DNA from: an uncultured Bacteroidia bacterium
GTDB lineage: Bacteria; Bacteroidota; Bacteroidia; Bacteroidales; F082
Direction of reading: 5' to 3'
DNA: 64,000 bases
NCBI GenBank assembly: GCA_902786745.1
Contig: CADADR010000007.1
Location: 80,282-144,281, forward strand
Program-made: the position numbers and the translations under genes
Notes under the pieces: model-generated
Told to the model about the DNA's origin: nothing
Seen by the model: the letters and a program-made list of their open reading frames with translations, nothing else
Database searches by the model: none
Shown: positions 9,101 through 18,732 of the stretch, one piece after another
Layout of the letters: each line of letters opens with the position of its first letter
How positions within the stretch are numbered: the first letter of the stretch is position 1

Positions 9101-10483
9101 ATGAAATACTATCTTCTCCCATTAGGCTGTCAGATGAACTTGAGCGACACGGAGCGCGTGCGCACAGTGCTCAACGGCATGGGCTTTGTCCAGACTGACA
9201 ACGAAAGCGAGGCCACCATCCTCGGCATCATCGCCTGCTCGGTGCGCCAGAAAGGCATCGACAAGGTGTATGGCCGCATCGAGAAATGGAACGCCATGAA
9301 GAACCGCCAAAACGTCATCACCTTCGTGTCGGGCTGCATCCTGCCTGCCGACCGCTTGCGTTTCCTCAAGCTCTTCGACCTGGTTTTCGCCATGAACGAA
9401 CTGCCCAACCTGCCCGAGATGATCCGCCAATACGGCATCGTCACGCCAGCTTCGCTGCGCTACGGAGAAGAGATTGAATACCAACCCGTGGTCAAGCCTT
9501 TGGCACCCCTGTTCCACAAGGATGACAAGATCAATCCGTCGGCCAACATGGATAAGTTTTGGGCCATCACGCCTACGCAGACCTCCAGCTTTGAGGCATT
9601 CATCCCGATCCAGAACGGCTGCAACAAGTTCTGCACCTACTGTGCCGTGCCCTACACCCGTGGTCGCGAGGTGTCGCGCCCCTCGGAAGAGATTTTAGCC
9701 GAACTGAAGGATTTGGTCGAAAAAGGTTACAAGAGCATCACTTTGCTCGGACAAAACGTCAACTCCTACGGCCTTGACAAGAAAGGCGAAGAGATTGACT
9801 TCGCAGAACTGCTGCGTCGAGTGGGCGAATACGGCAAAGCCAGCGGCAAAGAGTTTTGGGTGTATTACACCGCGCCGCATCCTCGCGACATGAAAGACGA
9901 CGTCATCGAGGTGATGGCACAATACGCCTGCCTCGGCAAGCAAATTCACATCCCCATCCAGAGCGGCGACGAGAACATGCTGCAACGCATGAACCGCCAC
10001 CACGACTTGGCCACCTATAGGCATATCATCGAGACCATCCGCGAGAAACTGCCGACGGCTACCATCTTCACCGACATTATCGTGGGTTTCACCCACGAGA
10101 CCGAAGAGGAGTTTGAGAACACACGCAAGGCCATGGAGGAGTTCAAGTACAACATGGCGTTCATCGCGCAATACAGCGTGCGTCCTGGCGCCGTGGCCTC
10201 GGAATGGGACGATGACGTGCCGAAAGAAGTGAAGCGTGAGCGCTACCACCGCCTCACAGAGGAACTGATGAAACACAGCCTGGTCTACAACCAAGGCCTC
10301 ATCGGGAAGACTGTCAAGATGTTGGTGGAGACGCAAGACCGCAAAAACGGCTACCTGGCAGGACACACTGAAGGTAAGATTGTTATCCGCTTCGCGTCAA
10401 GAGACACCAGCCTTATTGGGCAAATCGTGAATGTAAAAGTGACTTCGGCTTCGCCGTTGTCGATTGAGGGAGTGTTAGTTTAG
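9101..10483 (+). CDS. miaB: tRNA-2-methylthio-N6-dimethylallyladenosine synthase MiaB (radical SAM methylthiotransferase)
   Basis: LGCQMNLSDTE N-terminal cluster, radical-SAM motif CNKFCTYC, and a C-terminal TRAM-like segment. Confidence 0.8.
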   Translation: MKYYLLPLGCQMNLSDTERVRTVLNGMGFVQTDNESEATILGIIACSVRQKGIDKVYGRIEKWNAMKNRQNVITFVSGCILPADRLRFLKLFDLVFAMNELPNLPEMIRQYGIVTPASLRYGEEIEYQPVVKPLAPLFHKDDKINPSANMDKFWAITPTQTSSFEAFIPIQNGCNKFCTYCAVPYTRGREVSRPSEEILAELKDLVEKGYKSITLLGQNVNSYGLDKKGEEIDFAELLRRVGEYGKASGKEFWVYYTAPHPRDMKDDVIEVMAQYACLGKQIHIPIQSGDENMLQRMNRHHDLATYRHIIETIREKLPTATIFTDIIVGFTHETEEEFENTRKAMEEFKYNMAFIAQYSVRPGAVASEWDDDVPKEVKRERYHRLTEELMKHSLVYNQGLIGKTVKMLVETQDRKNGYLAGHTEGKIVIRFASRDTSLIGQIVNVKVTSASPLSIEGVLV

Positions 10484-10501
10484 AGTTTAGAGTTTAGAGT
10501 C
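10478..10501 (+). repeat. GTTTAGA heptamer tandem repeat (3 units), site 1
   Basis: gtttagagtttagagtttagagtc. It contains the miaB stop codon and fills the whole 19-nt gap before the mtaB ATG. Confidence 0.85.
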
Positions 10502-10502
10502 G

Positions 10503-11798
10503 ATGAAGAAAGTAGCGTTCAAGACTTTGGGATGCCGCGTCAACTTGTATGAGACCGATGCCTTGGCATCGCGTTTCAAGGCGGCGGGCTATGAGATTGC
10601 CGACAGCGATAGCGGTGCCGACGTCTTTGTCGTGAACACTTGTACCGTCACCAATACCAGCGACCAGAAATGTCGTCAGGCCATCCGTCAGATCAGGCGC
10701 AAACACCCCGAGGCCCTAATTGCCGTCACCGGCTGCATGGTCAACCACAGAAAAGAGGAGTTGCTCAAATCCGGCATAGCGGATTATGTCATCGACAATG
10801 AGCGCAAGGCCGCCTTGTTCGACATCATCGACGAGCATTTCAAGACGGGCCACAGCGACCCCGAAGGCTACGACCGTGACCTGTTCAGCTACCAACCTGC
10901 CTTCGACACCTTCCACACGCGCAGCCTCATCAAGATCCACGACGGCTGCAACAACTTCTGCTCCTACTGCATCATCCCCATGGTGAGAGGCAGGGCTACC
11001 AGCCGTCGCGCCAACGACATCTATGACAATGTTCGCGAAGTCGTTGCCCATGGCTTCAAGGAGGTCGTGTTAACGGGAGTCAACATGGGTCGTTACCAAT
11101 CAGAAGGCACCAATTTCGAGCAACTCGTGGAGAACATCCTCAACATCGACGGTGACTTCCGCATCAGGGTCTCCTCCATCGAGCCCGACCAATTCAGTGA
11201 CCATTTCCTCAACCTCTTCCAACACGAGAAGTTGGCGCCCCACATGCACATCTGCCTGCAGAGTGGCTCCGACGACACCTTGAAGCGCATGCACCGCTTC
11301 TACACAGTCGCCCAGTTCCGTGACATGTGCCAACGCATCAAGGCCTTCCGTCCCGACTTCAACCTTACCACCGACATTATCGTGGGATTCCCGGGCGAGA
11401 CCGAACAAACCTTCAAGGAGAGCTGTGACTTCGCAAAGGAAATCGGCTTCAGCCACATCCACACCTTCAAATACTCGGTGCGCAACGGCACCAAGGCCGC
11501 TGCCATGCCCGACCAAGTGCCCGAAAGCATCAAGACGGAGCGCAGCGAGGTGATGCGTCAGATCTCGTTGGACAACAAAACCAAATACTTCGAGCTGATG
11601 CAAGGCAAGAGCCAACGCATGCTCATCGAGCGCATCGACAGCAAGGGGGTGGCTCGGGGCTATGGAGAGAACTATGTGCCCGTCATCCTCAATGCAAAAG
11701 GAATCGAAAAGAACACCTATATTAATAATAGGCTAGGCGAAATTGTCAACCAAGGGAACGAAGAAAAGATGGCATTTATCGGAGAATCAATAAGTTAA
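10503..11798 (+). CDS. mtaB: tRNA t6A37 methylthiotransferase MtaB
   Basis: FKTLGCRVNLYETDA N-terminus and radical-SAM motif CNNFCSYC. 431 aa. Confidence 0.8.
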   Translation: MKKVAFKTLGCRVNLYETDALASRFKAAGYEIADSDSGADVFVVNTCTVTNTSDQKCRQAIRQIRRKHPEALIAVTGCMVNHRKEELLKSGIADYVIDNERKAALFDIIDEHFKTGHSDPEGYDRDLFSYQPAFDTFHTRSLIKIHDGCNNFCSYCIIPMVRGRATSRRANDIYDNVREVVAHGFKEVVLTGVNMGRYQSEGTNFEQLVENILNIDGDFRIRVSSIEPDQFSDHFLNLFQHEKLAPHMHICLQSGSDDTLKRMHRFYTVAQFRDMCQRIKAFRPDFNLTTDIIVGFPGETEQTFKESCDFAKEIGFSHIHTFKYSVRNGTKAAAMPDQVPESIKTERSEVMRQISLDNKTKYFELMQGKSQRMLIERIDSKGVARGYGENYVPVILNAKGIEKNTYINNRLGEIVNQGNEEKMAFIGESIS

Positions 11799-11851
11799 AG
11801 AATTAAATGAAAAAATTTCATCTTTTTGGGTTCCAATTCAGAGAAAAGTTG

Positions 11852-11859
11852 TAATTTTG
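11852..11859 (+). promoter_or_regulatory. -7 box TAATTTTG upstream of rpsT
   Basis: TAnnTTTG match followed by GCAG. Confidence 0.5.
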
Positions 11860-11900
11860 CAGCCCGAATCGAAAAGAATAAGTAATAAGGAATTAGAGAT

Positions 11901-12155
11901 ATGGCAAATCACAAATCGTCAATCAAGAGAATTCGTCAGACAGAGAAGAGACGTTTGCACAACCGTTACTATGCCAAGAACATGCGTAACGAAGTGAAGA
12001 AATTCAGAGCTTTAACCGACAAGTCAGAAGCCGAGAACCAGCTCCCGATGATGTACCACATCATCGACAAGGTTGCCAAGCGCGGTATCATCCACAAGAA
12101 CAAAGCTGCCAACCTGAAGTCGAAGCTGACGAAGTTCATGAACAAATTGGCATAA
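11901..12155 (+). CDS. rpsT: 30S ribosomal protein S20
   Basis: [22 protein letters not shown] is the canonical S20 N-terminus. 84 aa. Confidence 0.95.
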   Translation: MANHKSSIKRIRQTEKRRLHNRYYAKNMRNEVKKFRALTDKSEAENQLPMMYHIIDKVAKRGIIHKNKAANLKSKLTKFMNKLA

Positions 12156-12182
12156 TTGGAAGTTTTATTCATACATGTTGGT

Positions 12183-12215
12183 GCCTCTTCTACTTTTAGT
12201 GGAAGAGGCTTTTTT
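12183..12215 (+). terminator. rho-independent terminator after rpsT
   Basis: Stem gcctcttc/gaagaggc followed by TTTTTT. Confidence 0.75.
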
Positions 12216-12265
12216 GCTTGAGATAAGCCGAAAATCACTATCTTTACCGCTCCAAACTACCCAAC

Positions 12266-12961
12266 ATGAGCAAAAAGAAATCCATCAAGGAATGGGCCGA
12301 GGACGACAGGCCACGTGAGAAGATGGCCGAGAAAGGCAAGGCTGCCATGAGCGACTCGGAGCTTCTGGCCATCCTTCTGCGCACAGGCAAAGAGGGGCAG
12401 TCGGCCGTTGACCTGGCACGCGAAATCTTGGGCAAAGCCAACAACAACCTCATCAACCTCTCCAACTTCACATTGAAGGAGCTGGAAGCCTTCAAAGGCG
12501 TTGGCAAGGCTAAGGCCATCACCATCATGGCCGCCCTCGAGCTCGGCAAGCGTCGCCGCGGAGCCGAAGCCAGCCTGCCCGATGAGGTCAAGGACTCCAA
12601 AACCTCGTTCGAACGTTTCCTTTCCCATATCGATGACATGAAGCAGGAGCATTTCCTCGTCATGTATCTCGACCAAAGCTTCCACGAACTGAAGGTGGAA
12701 TGCATCAGCAACGGGGGCACAACCAATGTCATCGCCGATCCAAGGATCATCTTCAAGCAAGCCTTGAACTACGGCGCCACCTGCATCATCTTGGGGCACA
12801 ACCATCCCTCGGGCAACCCTCGTCCCAGTAAGGACGACCGCCAGCTGACCCAAAAAATCGTGTCGGCCGGCAAACTCTTGGATATCGCCGTCGTTGACCA
12901 CATCATCATCGGCAACGAACGCTATTACAGTTTCCGCGACCACGGAGAAATGACCTTCTGA
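12266..12961 (+). CDS. radC: RadC-family JAB-domain protein
   Basis: LSDSELLAILLRTG, a helix-hairpin-helix segment, and a C-terminal HNHPSG JAMM-like motif. Confidence 0.85.
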   Translation: MSKKKSIKEWAEDDRPREKMAEKGKAAMSDSELLAILLRTGKEGQSAVDLAREILGKANNNLINLSNFTLKELEAFKGVGKAKAITIMAALELGKRRRGAEASLPDEVKDSKTSFERFLSHIDDMKQEHFLVMYLDQSFHELKVECISNGGTTNVIADPRIIFKQALNYGATCIILGHNHPSGNPRPSKDDRQLTQKIVSAGKLLDIAVVDHIIIGNERYYSFRDHGEMTF

Positions 12962-12975
12962 AACAACAAACACCC

Positions 12976-14118
12976 ATGAAACTCGTCACCATCATAGGGG
13001 CAAGGCCCCAGATCATCAAGGCTGCCGCATTGAGCCGCGCCATCAAAAACCATTTTTCTGACCGCATACAGGAAGTCATCGTCCACACGGGGCAGCACTA
13101 CGACGACAACATGTCGCAGGTTTTCTTCGACGAACTCGGCATCCCGCGTCCCGATTACAACCTTCACGTCGGCTCGGCCTCACACGGCGTGCAGACTGCC
13201 CGCATGACCGAAGGCATCGAGGACATATTATTAAAAGAGCAGCCCGACTTCATCGTGCTTTATGGTGACACCAACTCAACCCTCGCTGGCGCCGTGGCCG
13301 CCGCCAAAATCCACGTGCCCATCGTCCACATCGAGGCAGGCCTGCGTTCGTTTAACAAGAGCATGCCCGAGGAAATCAACCGCATCGTGTGCGACCACTG
13401 CTCCACCCTGCTATTCTCTCCCACCCTCGCTGGTATCGAGAACCTGAAACATGAAGGCTTCCCCTTGGACAATGACGGGCCTTACACCATCGACAACCCT
13501 AAGGTCTACCACTGCGGCGACATCATGTACGACAACAGCCTGCATTTTGCCGACATTGCCGAGGTGAAGACCGACATCATACAACGTCTGGAATTGGCTG
13601 GCCAGCCTTTCATTCTGTCCACCATACATCGCGACAGCAACACCGACCATCCCGAGCGGCTTAATGCCATCTTTGACGCCTTAATTGGGCTCTCAAAAGA
13701 GAATCAAATCGTATTGCCGTTGCATCCCAGAACGGCCAAGTTGCTGAAGACCAATTTGAGCAACGAAAAGCAGACTTTGGTTTTCAGCAGCGCCAGCATC
13801 AAGCTCATCCCGCCCGTCTCCTTCCTTGAGATGATTGCCTTGGAGCGTCATGCCCAACTCGTCATGACCGACTCGGGCGGCGTGCAGAAAGAGGCCTACT
13901 TCTTCAAGAAGCCTTGCATCATCCTTCGCCCTGAAACGGAATGGGTAGAGATCGTGCAGACTGGCAACGCCATCCTCGCCGACGCCGATGAAAGCCGCAT
14001 CATGGAGGCTTGGCAACGCTTTAAGAACAACCCGCCGACTGTTTTCCCTGAAATCTTCGGTGATGGCCATGCAGCGGAATTCATGCTCGACAAAATTATT
14101 TCTTGTAAAGTGTTGTAG
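12976..14118 (+). CDS. wecB: UDP-N-acetylglucosamine 2-epimerase (non-hydrolysing)
   Basis: MKLVTIIGARPQIIKAA...HTGQHYD...DSGGVQKEA motifs. Confidence 0.9.
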   Translation: MKLVTIIGARPQIIKAAALSRAIKNHFSDRIQEVIVHTGQHYDDNMSQVFFDELGIPRPDYNLHVGSASHGVQTARMTEGIEDILLKEQPDFIVLYGDTNSTLAGAVAAAKIHVPIVHIEAGLRSFNKSMPEEINRIVCDHCSTLLFSPTLAGIENLKHEGFPLDNDGPYTIDNPKVYHCGDIMYDNSLHFADIAEVKTDIIQRLELAGQPFILSTIHRDSNTDHPERLNAIFDALIGLSKENQIVLPLHPRTAKLLKTNLSNEKQTLVFSSASIKLIPPVSFLEMIALERHAQLVMTDSGGVQKEAYFFKKPCIILRPETEWVEIVQTGNAILADADESRIMEAWQRFKNNPPTVFPEIFGDGHAAEFMLDKIISCKVL

Positions 14119-14134
14119 ATTAAGAAAAAAGTCG

Positions 14135-14142
14135 TACCTTTG
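14135..14142 (+). promoter_or_regulatory. -7 box TACCTTTG upstream of the rpsF operon
   Basis: TAnnTTTG match 58 nt before the rpsF ATG. Confidence 0.5.
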
Positions 14143-14199
14143 CACCCGCTTAACAAGCAAACCTAATTAACAATTTAATCATTTAATAATCAAACAGTT

Positions 14200-14550
14200 A
14201 TGAATCAGTACGAAACCGTTTTCATTTTAACTCCCGTTTTGTCTGAAGATCAGATGAAGGAAACGGTAAAGAAGTATGAAGATCAGCTGACCAACAATGG
14301 TGCAGAGATCGTTCATGAAGAGAACTGGGGCATGCGTAAGCTTGCCTATCCCATCCAGAAGAAGTCCACGGGCTTTTATCAACTCATTGAGTACAAGGCC
14401 GAGGGCAATGTGATCGCCGATGTCGAAACCGAACTGAAGCGCGACGAACGCGTTCTCCGTTTCCTCACCGTGAAGCTCGACAAGCACGCCGTTGCTTACA
14501 ACGAAAAGAAACGCAAGAAAGCCGAAGCCGCTGCCGAAGCTCAAGCCTAA
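14200..14550 (+). CDS. rpsF: 30S ribosomal protein S6
   Basis: [18 protein letters not shown] is a typical S6 start. Confidence 0.95.
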   Translation: MNQYETVFILTPVLSEDQMKETVKKYEDQLTNNGAEIVHEENWGMRKLAYPIQKKSTGFYQLIEYKAEGNVIADVETELKRDERVLRFLTVKLDKHAVAYNEKKRKKAEAAAEAQA

Positions 14551-14576
14551 TGTTGAACAATTAAAAAGGAAGAAAA

Positions 14577-14852
14577 ATGGCACAAGTGAACAACAACAAC
14601 GACATCAAATATCTGACTCCCATCGCAGTCGATACCAAGAGAAAGAAATACTGCCGCTTCAAGAAGAACCGCATCAAGTACATCGACTACAAAGATGCCG
14701 ACTTCTTGCTGAAGTTCGTCAACGAGCAGGGTAAGATCCTGCCTCGCCGCATCACCGGTACTTCAACGAAATACCAGCGCAAGGTTGCCCAGGCCGTCAA
14801 GCGTGCCCGTCACCTCGCCCTGATGCCATTCGTAGCAGATTGTTTGAAATAA
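14577..14852 (+). CDS. rpsR: 30S ribosomal protein S18
   Basis: [18 protein letters not shown]...ILPRRITG motifs. Confidence 0.95.
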   Translation: MAQVNNNNDIKYLTPIAVDTKRKKYCRFKKNRIKYIDYKDADFLLKFVNEQGKILPRRITGTSTKYQRKVAQAVKRARHLALMPFVADCLK

Positions 14853-14870
14853 TTTGAAGGAGGACAACAC

Positions 14871-15320
14871 ATGGATATCATTCTGAAACAAGACGTCGCC
14901 AATTTAGGCTATAAGAACGACATCGTCACCGTGAAGGCTGGTTACGGCCGCAACTACCTCATCCCGCAGGGTCTGGCCATCCTCGCCACCGAGCGCAACC
15001 GCAAGATCTTGGCCGAAGAGATGCGTCAGCAGGCTCACAAGGAACAAAAGATCAAGGATGAAGCCACCGAGAAAGCCAAGGCTTTGGAAGGCCTGAAGCT
15101 GCAAATCCCCGCCAAGGCTGCTGCCACGGGTAAGATTTTCGGCTCGGTCAACAACATCATGATTGCCAACGCTATCAAGGAAGCCACAGGCATCGAAGTG
15201 GACCGCAAGAACATCGTCCTCAATGAAGACGCCATCAAGGAAGTGGGCGACTACACCGCCAAGATCAGACTCCACAAGGAAGTGGCCGTCGACATCAACT
15301 TCAACGTTTTCGCTGAATAA
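14871..15320 (+). CDS. rplI: 50S ribosomal protein L9
   Basis: MDIILKQDVANLGYKNDIVTVKAGYGRNYLIP is a typical L9 N-terminus. Confidence 0.95.
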   Translation: MDIILKQDVANLGYKNDIVTVKAGYGRNYLIPQGLAILATERNRKILAEEMRQQAHKEQKIKDEATEKAKALEGLKLQIPAKAAATGKIFGSVNNIMIANAIKEATGIEVDRKNIVLNEDAIKEVGDYTAKIRLHKEVAVDINFNVFAE

Positions 15321-15347
15321 TAGGATAAACTTTTTCATAATTTTGGG

Positions 15348-15377
15348 GGCTGTTCCATTATTGGGACAGCCTTTTTT
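15348..15377 (+). terminator. rho-independent terminator after rplI
   Basis: Stem ggctgttcc/gggacagcc (one G-T pair) followed by TTTTTT. Confidence 0.7.
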
Positions 15378-15391
15378 GTATTTTTGCCTAC

Positions 15392-16126
15392 ATGATTACC
15401 AAAAACACCATAAAGCAAATCGCATCCCTCCTTCAGCAGAAGTTCCGCAAGGAACTCGGCCTCTTCGTCGTAGAAGGACGCAAGATGACAGAGGAACTGC
15501 TCCAATCCAATTTTGAAACCGTGGGGCTCTATGCCACTGAGGCCTTCCTCGCCGACCATCCTGCTTTCGCTAACGCTGAAATCGTTAGCGAAGTGCAGAT
15601 GGACCAAATGAGCGGTCAGGACACACCACCCGGCATCCTTGCCGTAGTGAAAATTCCGCAACAAAGCGAAATCAAGACGACATCGCGACTTGTGCTCGCC
15701 TTGGATGGCATCGCCAACCCGGGCAACATGGGCACGCTCATACGCACGGCTGAGTGGTTTGGCATCCATGATGTGGTGTGCAGCTCCGACTGTGTGGAGC
15801 TTTGGAACCCCAAGACGGTGCAGGCCACTATGGGTTCGCTTTTCAGGATGAAGGTGTGGTCGACTGACTTGCCTGCTTATCTCAAGCAAGCCAAGGCTGA
15901 CGGCAAAGCCATTTATGGTGCCTTGTTGGACGGCGATAACCTGTTCCAGATGCAAGCCAAACCCGAAGGCATCCTCGTCATCGGGAGCGAGTCGCATGGC
16001 ATCAGGGCCGATGTTTTGCCTTGCATCACACACCCCATCACCATCCCCCGTGTGGGGGGCAGCATGACCGAGTCGCTCAACGCCGCTGTAGCAGGAGCTG
16101 TTCTAATGGCTGAGATGACAAAATAA
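15392..16126 (+). CDS. TrmH/SpoU-family RNA 2'-O-methyltransferase
   Basis: LDGIANPGNMGTLIRTAEWFG and the C-terminal knot region GSESHGI...SLNAAVA. Confidence 0.85.
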   Translation: MITKNTIKQIASLLQQKFRKELGLFVVEGRKMTEELLQSNFETVGLYATEAFLADHPAFANAEIVSEVQMDQMSGQDTPPGILAVVKIPQQSEIKTTSRLVLALDGIANPGNMGTLIRTAEWFGIHDVVCSSDCVELWNPKTVQATMGSLFRMKVWSTDLPAYLKQAKADGKAIYGALLDGDNLFQMQAKPEGILVIGSESHGIRADVLPCITHPITIPRVGGSMTESLNAAVAGAVLMAEMTK

Positions 16127-16141
16127 ACAATGACGAACAAT

Positions 16142-16174
16142 AAAAAAACCGCCCCGAAAGGAGCGGTTTTTTTC
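16142..16174. terminator. bidirectional terminator between convergent genes
   Basis: A-run, stem accgccc/ggagcggt, T-run. Confidence 0.7.
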
Positions 16175-16193
16175 ATTCAATCGTTGGGATTGA

Positions 16194-18554
16194 TTACTTC
16201 ACGATGACAACGCGCTGGACGCTGTTGCGGCCATTGTTGTCATAGATGCTGAAGAAGTAGACACCAGCCTCAACATCCATGTTGATGTTGTTGACCATGC
16301 CGCCGAGCTTCTCAACGCGGATCAGTTGGCCAGCCACATTGTAGATAGCCACGCTGTTCAGGTTCTCGCCTTCGAGGGTAACCATCGAAGTGGCGGGGTT
16401 AGGATAGACGTTGGCCAACTGGGCAATGGTCTCTTCAACGCCATCAGTGACGGCGAGGGTGATAGGAATCTCAACGTGAGGCAGTTCTTCATCGTTGGTG
16501 TTGATGATGAGATCAGCTTCATAGCTCGTACCCATATCAAGACCAATGGAATTCAAGGTAAGGGTGAAGGTCTGTGACTGACCGCTAGGGATAGAACCCA
16601 TTTCCTGACTGATAGTGGCCCAAGTGCCAGGAATGAGCTGGCCTTCGCAGTTGACCGTAATCAGCCATGCACCTTCGAAACTACCAGCACTATAGCAGTG
16701 ATCAAATGATCCGCCTTGCGTGCTGAGCCAGTTGCCGTCACCAGTTTCACCATAATGGCCTTCATCCATAGTCAGAGGATATTCACCAGCGGTTTGTAAG
16801 AGTTCGACAGTAGCCCAGATAGTTTGACCATCCATATAGACATCTTCATCGAAAGTGGCGGTAAGCCAAACACCGAGTTCAGAAGAAACAACGGTCTTTT
16901 CAGCGAGGAGTTCACCGGGCTGGTTGTTGGCACCTTGTCCATAAAGACGGAAGGTATAGGTGTTATCTTCTGATTTGTAAGTAGAACCAACTTGGTACTT
17001 AACCGAGGTAATCTTCATGCCCATAGCTGCGCCAGCGTATGCGGTGGCAGGAAGACGCATAGCCATCTCACGGGTGTAAGGGCCTCCTGTAGAACCAATT
17101 CCTTGAGCTTCTTGTCCATCATGATAGGCAAGTTCGCTAGTCTGCGAACCGGCACCGCCATGACCAAAATCAACGTAGGCATTCCAATCGCCGATAGAGT
17201 TACCAGCATTATTGATAGTAACATCAACCGTAACGATTTCGTCTTCTGGAAGTTCTTCAGAGATTGATTCGGGAGTAACGCTTAAAACAGGAGCGGAAAC
17301 ACCACCAAGTTTGTAGGCATACACATTGTCAATGTAATAGTCCGAAACAGCGGCACTGGTCGGAGGATAGAAGTCCATAGCGGCAAGTTGACGTGAACCA
17401 GCGGTGCCGTCGGCTTGGAGACTGTACTGCCAAGTATAGATTTCCTCATCATCCACATAGAAAGTTGCCTCGTCATTGTCAAGGTCAACCTCATACTTCA
17501 CAGTGAACCAACTGTCGAAGGGGCAATCGAAGTTGGTGGTTACGCCACCAGCTTTAATTGAAGTGCCGTTGTCAGAGGTCTTGTACCAAACCTCCGTGGC
17601 CCATTCGCTTCCGCTGCCGTTGAAGATGTGGAGAACGTTGTTGTAGGCATCCTTGCCATTAGGAATGTACATATCGAAGCCGAGTGTGTAGGTACCGCTT
17701 GTGGCATCACTCAAAAGAAGAACCTGGTCGTTGCCATAGGTAAGATGACCGCACTTGGTGCCTTCGAAAGAAGCGACAACTCCATCTTCGGCACCACCAG
17801 GAGCGTTGCTCCAAGTGGTCCACCAATCGTGACCGGCAGCAATGGCTTCAGCAGCAATCTTGTTGCCCTCGGTGTACTCCTCAAAGTCATCTTCAAGAAC
17901 CACCTCAAGGTTCATAACCGGCTGCACATCGAGATTGTCGATATAGTAGTCGGAAACAGCAGCACTGGTCGGGGGATAGAAGTCCATGGCACCGAGTTGA
18001 CGAGTGCCAGCGGCACCTTCAGCTTGAAGGCTGAATTGCCAAGTGTAGATTTCGACATCATCCACATAGAAAGTTGCCTCGTCATTGTCAAGGTCAACCA
18101 CATACTTCACAGTGAACCAACTGTCGAAGGGGCAATCGAAGTTGGTAGTCACATTAGCGGCTTTGATTGCAGTGCCGTTGTCAGAGGTCTTGTACCAAAC
18201 CTCTGTGGCCCATTCGCTGCCGCTGCCATTGAAGATATGGAGGATGTTGTTGTAGGCATCCTTGCCATTGGGGATGTACATGTCAAAACTGAGTTCCCAA
18301 GTACCAGTAGTGACATTACCAAGATCAAGCACCTGGTCGTTACCATAGGTGAAGTGAGCGGCCATAGAGTTCTGTTCGGCGAAAACACCGTCTTCGGCAC
18401 CGCCAGGAGCGTTGCTCCAAGTGGTCCAAGGATCACCATAGGTCTGAGCAATCTTAGCGCCGGCAACGCCGTCGTTAAAATCATAGCTCATCTGTGCGAA
18501 AGCATTGCCAAAAACAAAGGCAATCATTGCAATGAGTAAAGATACTTTTTTCAT
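16194..18554 (-). CDS. T9SS-sorted secreted protein with two tandem ~200-aa jelly-roll/lectin-like repeats and a C-terminal Por secretion tail
   Basis: Signal peptide MKKVSLLIAMIAFVFGNAFAQ. Internal duplication covers aa 42-208 and 244-410. The C-terminus NVYPNPATSMVTLEG...GVYFFSIYDNNGRNSVQRVVIVK is a typical T9SS CTD. Confidence 0.85.
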   Translation of the reverse strand: MKKVSLLIAMIAFVFGNAFAQMSYDFNDGVAGAKIAQTYGDPWTTWSNAPGGAEDGVFAEQNSMAAHFTYGNDQVLDLGNVTTGTWELSFDMYIPNGKDAYNNILHIFNGSGSEWATEVWYKTSDNGTAIKAANVTTNFDCPFDSWFTVKYVVDLDNDEATFYVDDVEIYTWQFSLQAEGAAGTRQLGAMDFYPPTSAAVSDYYIDNLDVQPVMNLEVVLEDDFEEYTEGNKIAAEAIAAGHDWWTTWSNAPGGAEDGVVASFEGTKCGHLTYGNDQVLLLSDATSGTYTLGFDMYIPNGKDAYNNVLHIFNGSGSEWATEVWYKTSDNGTSIKAGGVTTNFDCPFDSWFTVKYEVDLDNDEATFYVDDEEIYTWQYSLQADGTAGSRQLAAMDFYPPTSAAVSDYYIDNVYAYKLGGVSAPVLSVTPESISEELPEDEIVTVDVTINNAGNSIGDWNAYVDFGHGGAGSQTSELAYHDGQEAQGIGSTGGPYTREMAMRLPATAYAGAAMGMKITSVKYQVGSTYKSEDNTYTFRLYGQGANNQPGELLAEKTVVSSELGVWLTATFDEDVYMDGQTIWATVELLQTAGEYPLTMDEGHYGETGDGNWLSTQGGSFDHCYSAGSFEGAWLITVNCEGQLIPGTWATISQEMGSIPSGQSQTFTLTLNSIGLDMGTSYEADLIINTNDEELPHVEIPITLAVTDGVEETIAQLANVYPNPATSMVTLEGENLNSVAIYNVAGQLIRVEKLGGMVNNINMDVEAGVYFFSIYDNNGRNSVQRVVIVK
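17325..18431 (-). repeat. in-frame tandem duplication inside the T9SS cargo gene (units 17325-17825 and 17931-18431, offset 606 bp)
   Basis: Long runs are identical at the DNA level (for example catccacatagaaagttgcctcgtcattgtcaaggtcaacc and cttcacagtgaaccaactgtcgaaggggcaatcgaagttgg occur in both units). Confidence 0.9.
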
Positions 18555-18666
18555 TTTTTTGAACTTTTAGTTAGTATTAAGTGGATTGTTCATTCAAAAA
18601 ATCGCGAAATACGCGCTGCAAATATAACCATTTTTTGTTTGTTGCAAGAGGATTGAGGTTTTTTTT

Positions 18667-18732
18667 AGTTGAGAGTTTAGAGTGTAGAGTTTAGAGTCAG
18701 TTTATAGTTGAGAGTTTAGAGTTTAGAGTTGG
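18667..18732 (+). repeat. GTTTAGA-type repeat cluster, site 2 (two copies of agttgagagtttagagtNtagagtt)
   Basis: agttgagagtttagagtgtagagtttagagtc...agttgagagtttagagtttagagttg. The right end supplies the last codons and the stop of mazG (rc: caa ctc taa). Confidence 0.85.

Noticed and set aside
9101-11798. The tandem radical-SAM methylthiotransferases, considered as a recent gene duplication.
   Set aside because: The two proteins are clearly different paralogue families, MiaB-type and MtaB-type, with low mutual identity. Adjacent placement is ordinary.
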